Shown here in pieces: positions 35,654 through 44,474 of a DNA stretch of 64,000 bases. Source of the stretch: Candidatus Bathyarchaeota archaeon (GTDB lineage: Archaea; Thermoproteota; Bathyarchaeia; TCS64); assembly GCA_016783455.1 (NCBI GenBank), contig JADHWN010000004.1, forward strand, positions 27,541-91,540, read 5' to 3'. Every line of letters begins with the position of its first letter. Positions within the stretch are counted from its first letter, which is position 1. The notes beneath the pieces are model-generated. The model saw only the letters and a program-made list of their open reading frames with translations. It made no database searches and was not told the DNA's origin. The position numbers and the translations under genes were made by a program.

Positions 35654-36919
35654 CTAGTATCCAAAGAAGGAACTGGAGCTCTTCTTCTTACCATATCCCA
35701 TGGCGTCATCCAGCCACACGAAGAGCCTGTTGAAGGCCGACGTGTTGGCGATGATCCCCCTGACCACGTCGTGGAGGATCCCCGGCGGCTTGTTGAATGC
35801 GCAGCTCCGCAGGCAGTTGGAGCAATCCTCGCCTAGGTCGGTCCAGAACCTCATACACTTCTCCGGGTGGAGATACCACTTCAGCGAGCCGGGGTTGTTC
35901 GAGAACGTCTGCCCCTCATGGCTCCTCTCCTCGTAGGAGATGGCCTGAGAAGGACAATGCTTGGCGCATTTCTTGCAGACGTCACAGAACTCCGTCAGCC
36001 CGACCTCGACAGGCGAGTCGTGGACAAGGGGCATGTCCGTGAGGATCTTTGACAGGGCAAGCCTAGAGCCGTGCTTCGGGTTCACGAGGAGGCCATTCCG
36101 CCCAAGCTGCCCCAGCCCTGCTTCTATAGCCATCGGTACACTGAGGGCCGTGTCGTTCCCCATGGGTATGGCGTTGTAGCCTAGGTTCCTGATGTACTCG
36201 GCGAGGGTGGGGGTCGTGAACGCCATCTTCGAGTAGCCCATACCCGTCTCGCAGCCTGCGACGCTGTCGGGGGAGGTGTCGATGGCCTCGTAGCCCCTCT
36301 CGAACCCGAGGACGATGACATTCTTCATGTCCGCTGGTATCACACGGGTGCCATCGGCCAGCTCAGTCGGCTCCATATACGCCTCGGGGTCCTCCATCTC
36401 GTCGGAGAACCTGATCTCTCCCCCCTCCTGGGTGTACCTGCTCCACCAGTTAGAGTACACCCACCTCCGATCCAGACCCGCTACACCCACCTCGGTCGCC
36501 CCGAACGCGCGGCCTATTTTCTTGATGCTCCCCGTGACCGCCACGACATCATCGACATCCTCGGCGTCGACACCGGCAACCCTCCACAGCGGGTCACCCG
36601 AGTGGGCGGCTGTGCTGGCCCCAAGGGGCTCCCAGGAGAAAAGCCCTCTGTTGCCACCGCGCCAGCCTGAGCCAGCATTCTCCATGGAGGCGATGGTCCA
36701 AGATGCCCAGCAGAGCGCCATCTCCCTGAGGGCGAACCCCTCATGCCCCGCCTTCACCTGCTCCAAGGCCCTGCTTATCATGGCCTTAGCGTAGTTCGGG
36801 ACCGAGAGGGTCTCAGCGAACTCCGTGTCCCAGATGCTCCTGCAGAACATCTCATTCTTCTGGTCGAAACGCCGATAATCGTCGCGAAGTCGATACTTAC
36901 GGCTCGTTTGGGTGGCCAT
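35654..36919 (-). CDS. reductive-dehalogenase-homologous (RdhA-like) Fe-S protein without a signal peptide
   Basis: 421 aa with an N-terminal YRRFDQKNEMF region. Fe-S motifs CDVCKKCAKHCP and C(x10)CSNCLRSC. Confidence 0.65.
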   Translation of the reverse strand: MATQTSRKYRLRDDYRRFDQKNEMFCRSIWDTEFAETLSVPNYAKAMISRALEQVKAGHEGFALREMALCWASWTIASMENAGSGWRGGNRGLFSWEPLGASTAAHSGDPLWRVAGVDAEDVDDVVAVTGSIKKIGRAFGATEVGVAGLDRRWVYSNWWSRYTQEGGEIRFSDEMEDPEAYMEPTELADGTRVIPADMKNVIVLGFERGYEAIDTSPDSVAGCETGMGYSKMAFTTPTLAEYIRNLGYNAIPMGNDTALSVPMAIEAGLGQLGRNGLLVNPKHGSRLALSKILTDMPLVHDSPVEVGLTEFCDVCKKCAKHCPSQAISYEERSHEGQTFSNNPGSLKWYLHPEKCMRFWTDLGEDCSNCLRSCAFNKPPGILHDVVRGIIANTSAFNRLFVWLDDAMGYGKKKSSSSFFGY

Positions 36920-36988
36920 ATCGGGAGAGTATTACTAATTTTATTTATTCCTTCCCCGAGTAGGCTATGATCAGTCTTCGACTCCATC

Positions 36989-37120
36989 CTAAAAACTTCT
37001 CACAACCCTCTCAAGGATCCCCGGAGCAGCGAGCTCCATCTCGGCGAAGAACTTGTCAGAAGCCTGTATGCTCCACACTTGGTAGAATCCCTTTTCATAC
37101 TTGATAGCCAGCTCAGTGAT
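36989..37120 (-). pseudogene. relic of a hydantoin-racemase-like paralogue
   Basis: A 43-codon stop-to-stop fragment, ITELAIKYEKGFYQVWSIQASDKFFAEMELAAPGILERVVRSF. It shares a 15-aa block with the gene at 39160-39882 and has no start codon. Confidence 0.55.
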
Positions 37121-37203
37121 CTACGTAGTAATGATGACAGCTTAATTCAGCGTTCGCAAAACTCTAAAAACAATGAAAGTCTTTTTCGCAGTGAGAGATC
37201 TTT

Positions 37204-38205
37204 ATGCCTGTTCAATATAAACTCCTAGACAGAGTGCACGGTTGCCTGGCTGGAGTCGCAGTGGGTGACGCCATGGGGATGCCCGCGTCCGCCTTCCTAC
37301 CCCACGAAATCGTGGAGAGGTACGGACGCATCGAGAAGCTCCTGGACGCGCCCCCAGGACACCCCTACCACGACGGCCTGAAGGCCGGGCACATCACCGA
37401 CGACACCGAGCTCACCATGCTCGTCGTCGAGATGCTCCTAGAAGATGGTGGCGCGACCCCCGAGGGCATGGCGAAGCGCATCCTGAAATGGGCCACAGAT
37501 AGGAAACTCCTCGAATCCGGCCTCATCGGCCCCAGCACCTCCCGGGCCATCAGGGCCCTCATGGAGGGGAAGAACCCCCATGAGACCGGCAGGCAGGGCG
37601 TCACCAACGGGGCGGCCATGAAGATCTCCCCCATCGGCATCATCAACGTCGGCAACCGGCAGAAGCTCATCGACGACGTCGAGAAGACATGCCTCCCAAG
37701 CCACGGCACCAGCGTCGCAATCTCAGCGGCCTCAGCCGTCGCCGGAGCGATAGCTGAAGCCCTGACCCCCTCCTCCACAGTCGACTCCGTGGTCAAGGCC
37801 GCTCTGGAGTGCGCTGCATTGGGAACCAAACGGGGGCGACAGGTCACCCTCCCCTCCATCGAGAAGCGCATCGAACTCGCCATCGACCTAACAGAGGGCA
37901 TGGACCCGTCCACGGCTGCCGCTGTACTCTACGACTACATCGGGGCCGACGTGGCCTGCGTCAGCTCTATACCCACCGTCTTCGGCCTCTTCCACGCCGC
38001 AGGAGGCGACCCCATGGAGGCGATAATCGCAGCCTCAAACCTGGGAGGCGACACGGACACCATAGCCTCAATGGTAGGCGGCATCGCCGGAGCCCTCAAG
38101 GGGATAGACGCCTTCCCTCCGGAGATGGTGAGGCAGGTTGAAGAGGAGAGCGACTTGGACCTCAAGGATGTGGCCCTGAAGCTCATAGAGCACATGATGA
38201 GGTAG
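37204..38205 (+). CDS. ADP-ribosylglycohydrolase family protein
   Basis: GVAVGDAMGMP and HITDDTELT motifs; 333 aa. Confidence 0.85.
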   Translation: MPVQYKLLDRVHGCLAGVAVGDAMGMPASAFLPHEIVERYGRIEKLLDAPPGHPYHDGLKAGHITDDTELTMLVVEMLLEDGGATPEGMAKRILKWATDRKLLESGLIGPSTSRAIRALMEGKNPHETGRQGVTNGAAMKISPIGIINVGNRQKLIDDVEKTCLPSHGTSVAISAASAVAGAIAEALTPSSTVDSVVKAALECAALGTKRGRQVTLPSIEKRIELAIDLTEGMDPSTAAAVLYDYIGADVACVSSIPTVFGLFHAAGGDPMEAIIAASNLGGDTDTIASMVGGIAGALKGIDAFPPEMVRQVEEESDLDLKDVALKLIEHMMR

Positions 38206-38209
38206 CGAG

Positions 38210-39163
38210 ATGCCCCTAGACGTCGTCACCGTGGGAGACTCCGTCGTCGACATCGTGATCCCAGTCCCCCGCTTCCCAGCTGGAAACGAGGACTCCGTGG
38301 TGGGCGAGGGGATGACCAGGCAGCTCGGGGGAGCCTCCAACTTCCTGATACAGGCGAGTCGGCTGGCCCTCGCAGCCGGCATCGTGGACTGCGTGGGAGA
38401 CGACGACCTCGGCGTCTTCCTCGTCGAGGGCCTGAGGTCCGAGGGGGTCGACGTCTCAAGAATATGCGTCAAGGAGGGCGTCAAGACCGCCTCGTGCATC
38501 TGCATGGTGGACGAAACTGGTGATCACGCCTACATCGGCTTCCCGGGCGCCACCGAACATCTGACGCCTGAACGAATCGAACCAGAGCATATTCATGCCT
38601 CGCGTCTGCTCTACGTCTCAGGATACGCCCTGGCTACTCCACCTCTTAGGGACGCCGTCCTCAAATCAGTTGAGATAGCCACAGGTGCCGGTATACCCAT
38701 TTTCTTCGACCCGAGCCCCGTAATCACCCGGGTTGACGAGAAGGTAAGAGAACAGGTCATAGGGGCCTCCAAGCTTATCTCCCTGAACGTTCGAGAGCTG
38801 GAGCTCTTGACGGCAATCTCCGACGTCGAGGAGGCATCTGGAGCCCTCCGCGATGATGGAGTTGAGATCGTCGTCTTGAAACTGGGTGGAGAGGGATGCG
38901 CCGTGAGCAGCGCTTCAGGCTTCGAGAATATCCCCGGTTTCCATGTCAGAGCCGTCGATACGACTGGGGCAGGGGATGCATTCAACGCAGCACTGGTCTA
39001 CGGTCATCTCGTCGGCTGGCCCGTGGAGAAGGCGGCAAGATTCGCCAATATCGTGGGAGCGGTAAAGGTCACCAAAATGGGGGCGGGCGTGAACGTCCCC
39101 ACGAAGGCCGAGATAGACAGGTTCCTGACGGAGCATAAGGTAGAAACCGATTTCTCCATCTAG
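38210..39163 (+). CDS. PfkB-family sugar/nucleoside kinase
   Basis: GGASNF and DTTGAGDAFNAAL motifs. Starts 5 nt after the preceding gene. Confidence 0.85.
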   Translation: MPLDVVTVGDSVVDIVIPVPRFPAGNEDSVVGEGMTRQLGGASNFLIQASRLALAAGIVDCVGDDDLGVFLVEGLRSEGVDVSRICVKEGVKTASCICMVDETGDHAYIGFPGATEHLTPERIEPEHIHASRLLYVSGYALATPPLRDAVLKSVEIATGAGIPIFFDPSPVITRVDEKVREQVIGASKLISLNVRELELLTAISDVEEASGALRDDGVEIVVLKLGGEGCAVSSASGFENIPGFHVRAVDTTGAGDAFNAALVYGHLVGWPVEKAARFANIVGAVKVTKMGAGVNVPTKAEIDRFLTEHKVETDFSI

Positions 39164-39882
39164 GAGGGGAACCTGACCTCCTTCCTGGGAGCCGGATAGC
39201 TCCTCTTACTGTGTGAGAGCCCCATCTCCACGAGCAGCTCTGCGACGCGTATCGCCGCCCTACCAGGATGGATGACGAGGGCCCCCGGATGGGTACTGGA
39301 AAGGGCTTCAGACAGCCTGTCGGCGTGGTCATTGAGTGCCATACAGCCGAAGCAGAGGGCGTCAGCCCCGTCCTCAACCGCCGTGACCGCCGTCTCCAAG
39401 ACTTGTTCGAAGCTCTCTGGCCTCCCAAGCTGGAGAACGGGGAGGCCGACCGGGTAGATGCCCGTGCAGCGGGCTTCAAGCCTGAGGTCCCTTATCTGGC
39501 GCCTGGCTATCTCCGTGACCTGGGGGAGCTGCACGAGGAGGGCGAACCTCTCAGCTAGGGCAGATGCGATGTACATCGAGGCCATGCCGGGTCCAAGGAC
39601 GGGTATGTCCACCAGCTCCCTCGCCGCTATCAAAGAGGGATCGTGGCCCCCCCAGATCACCACCGCATCCGCTCCCTCCTTCTCGCTCTCCGTAACCCGC
39701 TCGAGTATCCCTGGGGCGGCCAGCTCCATCTCGGCGAAGGACTCCACCGACGGGGGCGCGTTCCTAGTGGTGACGAGGCGTACATCGGTCCCCTCCGAGG
39801 CGCAGGACTTGAGGCCTTCCTCCCTTCGCCTGAGGGCTTTGGGGTCGAGCCCCGAGATGAGCATCACGACGTCTATCCGCAT
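39160..39882 (-). CDS. Asp/Glu/hydantoin racemase family protein
   Basis: MRIDVVML.., PVLGPGMASM and ALCFGCMAL. The ATG at 39882 is preceded by GGAGGA. Confidence 0.7.
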   Translation of the reverse strand: MRIDVVMLISGLDPKALRRREEGLKSCASEGTDVRLVTTRNAPPSVESFAEMELAAPGILERVTESEKEGADAVVIWGGHDPSLIAARELVDIPVLGPGMASMYIASALAERFALLVQLPQVTEIARRQIRDLRLEARCTGIYPVGLPVLQLGRPESFEQVLETAVTAVEDGADALCFGCMALNDHADRLSEALSSTHPGALVIHPGRAAIRVAELLVEMGLSHSKRSYPAPRKEVRFPS

Positions 39883-39992
39883 CTCCCAATCCTCCTTTTC
39901 ATGTTGAGTTGTCTGACTATGTAGAAATCTGTTACGCATGCACATTGGAAAAACTGATAACCGACGACCGCGTCTTCACGTAGGTATTCACG

Positions 39993-40538
39993 ATGAAGGT
40001 TCTAGGCATAGTAGGGAGCCCCCATCACGAAGGGCACACGGCGAAGCTGGTAGAATCGGTCCTCGCTGGGGCGATCTCAGCGGGTCACGTCGCCGATATC
40101 TTCTACCTGAGCGACATGGAGATAGGCCCCATCCAGGCCAGCGGCGGGGTGCTTGAATATCCTAAGGACGACATGGCGAGGCTCTACCCCCATCTGGAGA
40201 CCATGGAGGCATTGGTCCTTGGGACCCCCATCTACTACGACCACATCAGCTCCAGAACGAAGCTCTTCATTGACCGGCTCCACTACTACAGCAGGACTCA
40301 CGGCGAGGAGTACCGGAGACGTTTCCCCGACGGGGTCAAAGCGGTCACAGTCATCACCCAGGGTGCGGGGAACCCGGACAGGTACGACTACGTTTTGGAG
40401 TGGATGAAGGGAAGGCTTGAGCACTACTGGAACATGGAGGTCGTCGCCAGCCTGAAAGCAGAGTCCACGGGCAGTAATCCTGTTCAGAAAAGGGAAGAGC
40501 TCCTAGAAAGAGGCAGGGAGATAGGCAGAGGGCTCTGA
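39993..40538 (+). CDS. NADPH-dependent FMN reductase / flavodoxin-like fold protein
   Basis: MKVLGIVGSPHHEGHT and LGTPIYYDHISS motifs. Confidence 0.7.
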   Translation: MKVLGIVGSPHHEGHTAKLVESVLAGAISAGHVADIFYLSDMEIGPIQASGGVLEYPKDDMARLYPHLETMEALVLGTPIYYDHISSRTKLFIDRLHYYSRTHGEEYRRRFPDGVKAVTVITQGAGNPDRYDYVLEWMKGRLEHYWNMEVVASLKAESTGSNPVQKREELLERGREIGRGL

Positions 40539-40750
40539 TCAACCAGTCAGGCTGATGTTAATTTTCGGCGTGCCCTCGAAGGTGTTCCCGACATCCTAGC
40601 CGCCGGCCTGTGGGAGTCCTCCGACCAGACGGCGATGACCTCCGCGCCCCTATGTTCAGCCTTAAACAGTTTTCCCTCGACCCGTTACTTTTTGAAATTC
40701 CAGAGTCATCTACTTCAAGGAAATAAATACCTTATCCCCGGAACCCCCTC

Positions 40751-40762
40751 CCAAACGTTAAG
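40751..40762 (+). promoter_or_regulatory. BRE/TATA-like box CCAAACGTTAAG (paralogue 1)
   Basis: The TTAAG lies 32 nt upstream of the ATG at 40790. The same box recurs upstream of the other two paralogues. Confidence 0.45.
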
Positions 40763-40789
40763 CGATCCTCTGCTCCATATCTCGACAAT

Positions 40790-42562
40790 ATGTCCGAAGA
40801 ATATGATCTACTCATCAAGAACGGATCAATCGTAGACGGCACCGGCGCTCCCCATTATGAGGGGGACCTCGCAGTGAAAGGGGAGCGGGTAGCCGCCATC
40901 AGCAAGGAAGAGAGGCTGAAGGGAGACTTCGCTCAGGTCATCGACGCCAAAGGTCTGGTCGTCTCCCCCGGATTCATCGACGTCCACAACCACGTAGACC
41001 TCAGCATCCTCTACTATCCGAAGGCTGACAGCTTCGTCCGCCAGGGGATAACCAGCTTCGTGGGTGGCCACTGCGGCGACAGCGCTGGCCCCTACAATGA
41101 GTACATCGGGGAGCCATGGTTCTACGTAGACATCTATCAGGACGTGAGGCCCACCATGGGGAGGGGTGAGTGGCTCATCCCCAAGGACGACTTCAACGTT
41201 GTGCACAAGGAGCTCTACGGCTGGGAGGTGGACTGGGACACCATAGGAGGCTACTTCAAGAAGGTGGAGGAGACCGGCCTCGCGCCCAACATGGTCCCAC
41301 TCGTGGGCCACGGCGACATCCGCAGCTACGTGATGGGAAACGACTCCAAGCGCTACGCCAAGAAGAGGGAGATCACGGAGATGAGGAGGCTTGTGGAGCA
41401 GGCGATGGAGGACGGATGCAGGGGCCTCAGCGTGGGCCGAACATACGAGCCGGGGCGGTGGGCCAGCTTCGAAGAGATCCTCGCATGTGCCAAGGTCGCC
41501 GCACGGTATGGGGGCATCTACAACAGCCACTGCCTCAGGAGCGAGCCGAGGGGAGACAAGAAGCCGGAGGAGGCGAATGTCAACCCGGTCTACGGCGTGC
41601 TTGAGGCCATCGACGTAGGCAGGAAGGCCAAGATGTCCGTCCAGATCTCCCACCTGGGGAACCAGTTCGTGGTGACCCCGCCCGAAAACAAGATCATGAC
41701 CGAGGCGGCGGTGAAGGCCACACTTCAGGTCATCGACGAGGCCAACGAGGAGGGCCTCGACGTCAACTTCGACGTCATCCCCCATCACAACACGGGGGGC
41801 ATCTTCACGTCACCCCACTTCGTCGGCCTCTTCCGGAAATGGCTGAAGATCGCTGGGAGCCCAGAGCAGCTGGCCAAGGCCCTGGAGATGCACGACCTCA
41901 GGGACGAGATCAAGGAGCAGATCAACACTGGGAAGGTGATGATGATCAACCCGAAGCTGACCCCAGACTGGGCCGAGAAGAGGTTCATCAAGGTACACAA
42001 GGACGAGAGGTTCGTCGACAAGACCGTGGCCGAGATCGCCAAGATGCTGGAGATGGAGCCCGTCGACGCCCTCTTCGAGATCCTAAAGGCGGATCCCTGG
42101 GCCATGTCATACAACATCAGGAACAAGACCGACTGGATCAAGCTGGAGTACTACAAGCACCCGAAGATGATGGTGGGCTGCGACACGTTCGCCGTGGACG
42201 AGAAGGCGAAGGGCAGGCACCCCACGTGGATGCTGCCCAACCAGAACGCCTTCGGCGGCTTCCCCGGCTACCTGCGCAGGACCGTGAGGGAGACTGGGAT
42301 GCTGACGCTGGAGGAGGCGGTCCGAAAGGTAACCAGCTCCTCAGCCAGGAAGTTCAAGATGACCGACAGGGGTGTCCTCAGGGAGGGGGCGTACGCCGAC
42401 ATAGTCGTCTGGAACCCTGAGACCATCACAGACAAGGGGGACGCGATTGAGCCCAGGAAGTACCCCGAGGGCATCGAATACGTCATCATAAACGGCTCGA
42501 TGGTCGTCGAGAAATCAAAGCACCACGACGCACTACCTGGTAAGGTCCTTTACCGAGAATAA
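40790..42562 (+). CDS. N-acyl-D-amino-acid deacylase (D-aminoacylase) family amidohydrolase, paralogue 1
   Basis: 590 aa with YDLLIKNGSIVDGTG, PGFIDVHNHVD, VGGHCG and VQISHLGN. Confidence 0.8.
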   Translation: MSEEYDLLIKNGSIVDGTGAPHYEGDLAVKGERVAAISKEERLKGDFAQVIDAKGLVVSPGFIDVHNHVDLSILYYPKADSFVRQGITSFVGGHCGDSAGPYNEYIGEPWFYVDIYQDVRPTMGRGEWLIPKDDFNVVHKELYGWEVDWDTIGGYFKKVEETGLAPNMVPLVGHGDIRSYVMGNDSKRYAKKREITEMRRLVEQAMEDGCRGLSVGRTYEPGRWASFEEILACAKVAARYGGIYNSHCLRSEPRGDKKPEEANVNPVYGVLEAIDVGRKAKMSVQISHLGNQFVVTPPENKIMTEAAVKATLQVIDEANEEGLDVNFDVIPHHNTGGIFTSPHFVGLFRKWLKIAGSPEQLAKALEMHDLRDEIKEQINTGKVMMINPKLTPDWAEKRFIKVHKDERFVDKTVAEIAKMLEMEPVDALFEILKADPWAMSYNIRNKTDWIKLEYYKHPKMMVGCDTFAVDEKAKGRHPTWMLPNQNAFGGFPGYLRRTVRETGMLTLEEAVRKVTSSSARKFKMTDRGVLREGAYADIVVWNPETITDKGDAIEPRKYPEGIEYVIINGSMVVEKSKHHDALPGKVLYRE

Positions 42563-42567
42563 TCCCA

Positions 42568-42585
42568 TTTTTCCTTCACTTTTTT
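42568..42585 (+). terminator. oligo-T tracts after paralogue 1
   Basis: A T5 and a T6 run within 25 nt after the stop codon, in the style of an archaeal intrinsic terminator. Confidence 0.35.
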
Positions 42586-42598
42586 ATGGAATTCCTTT

Positions 42599-42612
42599 CC
42601 CAAAACGTTAAG
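42599..42612 (+). promoter_or_regulatory. BRE/TATA-like box CCCAAAACGTTAAG (paralogue 2)
   Basis: The TTAAG lies 36 nt upstream of the ATG at 42644. Confidence 0.45.
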
Positions 42613-42643
42613 CCTCCATCCAACCCTCATATCTACGATTCCA

Positions 42644-44419
42644 ATGTCGGATGACTACGACATCCTGATCAAGAACGGGACCATCGTGGATGGGACCGGC
42701 TCACCGGCCTACAAGGGCGCAGTCGTCGTGAAGGGCGAGCGCATCGAGGCGGTGGGGAAGGTTGAAGGAGACCTCGCCAAAGGGGCGGAGGGGGTCATAG
42801 ACGCAGAGGGTAAGGTCGTCACCCCCGGGTTCATCGACGTCCACAACCACGGGGACCTCAGCATCCTCTACTACCCGAAGGCAGACGGCTTCGTCCGCCA
42901 GGGCATCACGACCTTCGTAGGGGGGAACTGCGGGGATAGCCCGGGCCCCTTCGGTGACTGGATAGGGCTTCCGTGGGTCCTCGGGGACATCTACAGGGAG
43001 GTGGCGCCTGTCATGTACGACAGGAACTGGCTACTCCCCCGGGACCTCGTGAACGAGAGGCACAGGGAGCTCTACGGCTGGGAGATAGACTGGAGCACAA
43101 TGGGCGAGTACTTCAAGAGGGTCGAGGAGACCGGTCTCGCCCCCAACATGGCCCCCATGGTTGGTCACGGGGACATCCGGAGCCTCGTCCTGGGTCCAGA
43201 CTACGAGCGCCACGCCAGTAAAAGGGAGGTCAGGGAGATGGCGAAGCACGTTGAGCAGGCCATGGAGGATGGCTGCATCGGCATCTCCGTGGGAAGGGAC
43301 TACGACCCAGGAATCTGGGCCGACTTCGACGAGGTCCTGAGGTGCGCCAAGGCCGCAGCGAAGCACAGCGGGGTGTACGCAAGCCACAGCCTCAGGACGG
43401 GCCACAGGAAGGCGAGGAAGCCCGGTGTGCGCGCCCCGGTCCCCCTGGACGGCGTCCTCGAGGCGATAGACGTAGGGAGGAAGGCAAAGATGCCTGTCCA
43501 GATATCCCACCTGGGGAACCTCTACACCGTCGACCCCGGCAGCAGCAGGGTGATGACCGAGGCAGTAATAAGTGCCACGTTGAAGGTCGTCGACGACGCC
43601 AGGGAGGAGGGCCTGGACGTCTCCTTCGACGTCATCCCCCACCACCAGACGGGGGGCATAGGGGTCTCCCCCTGGCTCGTGGGCCTTCTGAGGCCCTGGC
43701 TCAGCGTCACGGGCAGCCCCGAGCAGCTGGCGAGAGCCCTACAAATGGAGGACTTCAGGGAGGAGATCAAGGCCGCCATCTGGGCCGGAAAGCACTACGG
43801 CCTCAACCCCAACATCAGCCCCACCTGGGCAGGCGGGAGAGTCATCAAGGTATGCAATGAGAAGACCTTCGTCGACAAGACCGTGGCTCAGATAGCGGAA
43901 GAGCAGGATATGGACGAGCTTGACGCCCTGATGCACATAATCTCGGTGGACCCTGAGACAAAGGCGGTCTCCAGGAGGAGCGACGACGACTGGGCCAAGC
44001 TTGAGTACTACAAGCACCCCCACATGATGGTGGGCATCGACACCTTCGCAGTGGACGAGACGCGGGAGGGAAGGCATGTGCCTCCGAGCTACCCCAACGA
44101 GAACAGCTTCGGCGGGTTCCCCAGGTACCTGAGGAGGGCTGTGCGGGAGACCGCTACTCTGACCATCGAGGAGGCAGTGCGGAAGGTCACCAGCTCTCCG
44201 GCGAGGATGTTCAAGCTGAGAGACCGGGGCGTCCTGAAAGCGGGAGCATACGCCGACATCGTACTCTTCGACCTCCAGAGGGTCACAGACAAAGGCGACC
44301 AGATCGAGCCACGTCAATACCCCGATGGCATAGAGTACGTCATCATAAACGGAACCATGGTCGTTGACAAATCGAAGCACACCGGCGAGTTACCGGGGAA
44401 GGTATTGTACAGGGAATAA
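42644..44419 (+). CDS. D-aminoacylase family amidohydrolase, paralogue 2
   Basis: 591 aa with PGFIDVHNHGD, VGGNCG and VQISHLGN. Confidence 0.8.
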   Translation: MSDDYDILIKNGTIVDGTGSPAYKGAVVVKGERIEAVGKVEGDLAKGAEGVIDAEGKVVTPGFIDVHNHGDLSILYYPKADGFVRQGITTFVGGNCGDSPGPFGDWIGLPWVLGDIYREVAPVMYDRNWLLPRDLVNERHRELYGWEIDWSTMGEYFKRVEETGLAPNMAPMVGHGDIRSLVLGPDYERHASKREVREMAKHVEQAMEDGCIGISVGRDYDPGIWADFDEVLRCAKAAAKHSGVYASHSLRTGHRKARKPGVRAPVPLDGVLEAIDVGRKAKMPVQISHLGNLYTVDPGSSRVMTEAVISATLKVVDDAREEGLDVSFDVIPHHQTGGIGVSPWLVGLLRPWLSVTGSPEQLARALQMEDFREEIKAAIWAGKHYGLNPNISPTWAGGRVIKVCNEKTFVDKTVAQIAEEQDMDELDALMHIISVDPETKAVSRRSDDDWAKLEYYKHPHMMVGIDTFAVDETREGRHVPPSYPNENSFGGFPRYLRRAVRETATLTIEEAVRKVTSSPARMFKLRDRGVLKAGAYADIVLFDLQRVTDKGDQIEPRQYPDGIEYVIINGTMVVDKSKHTGELPGKVLYRE

Positions 44420-44426
44420 CCCTCCC

Positions 44427-44431
44427 TTTTT
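44427..44431 (+). terminator. oligo-T tract after paralogue 2
   Basis: CCCTCCCTTTTT lies directly after the stop and directly before the next BRE/TATA-like box. Confidence 0.3.
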
Positions 44432-44445
44432 CCCAAAATGTTAAG
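44432..44445 (+). promoter_or_regulatory. BRE/TATA-like box CCCAAAATGTTAAG (paralogue 3)
   Basis: The TTAAG lies 34 nt upstream of the ATG at 44475. Confidence 0.45.
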
Positions 44446-44474
44446 CTCTCTAATGATTATTACCTACGATTTCA

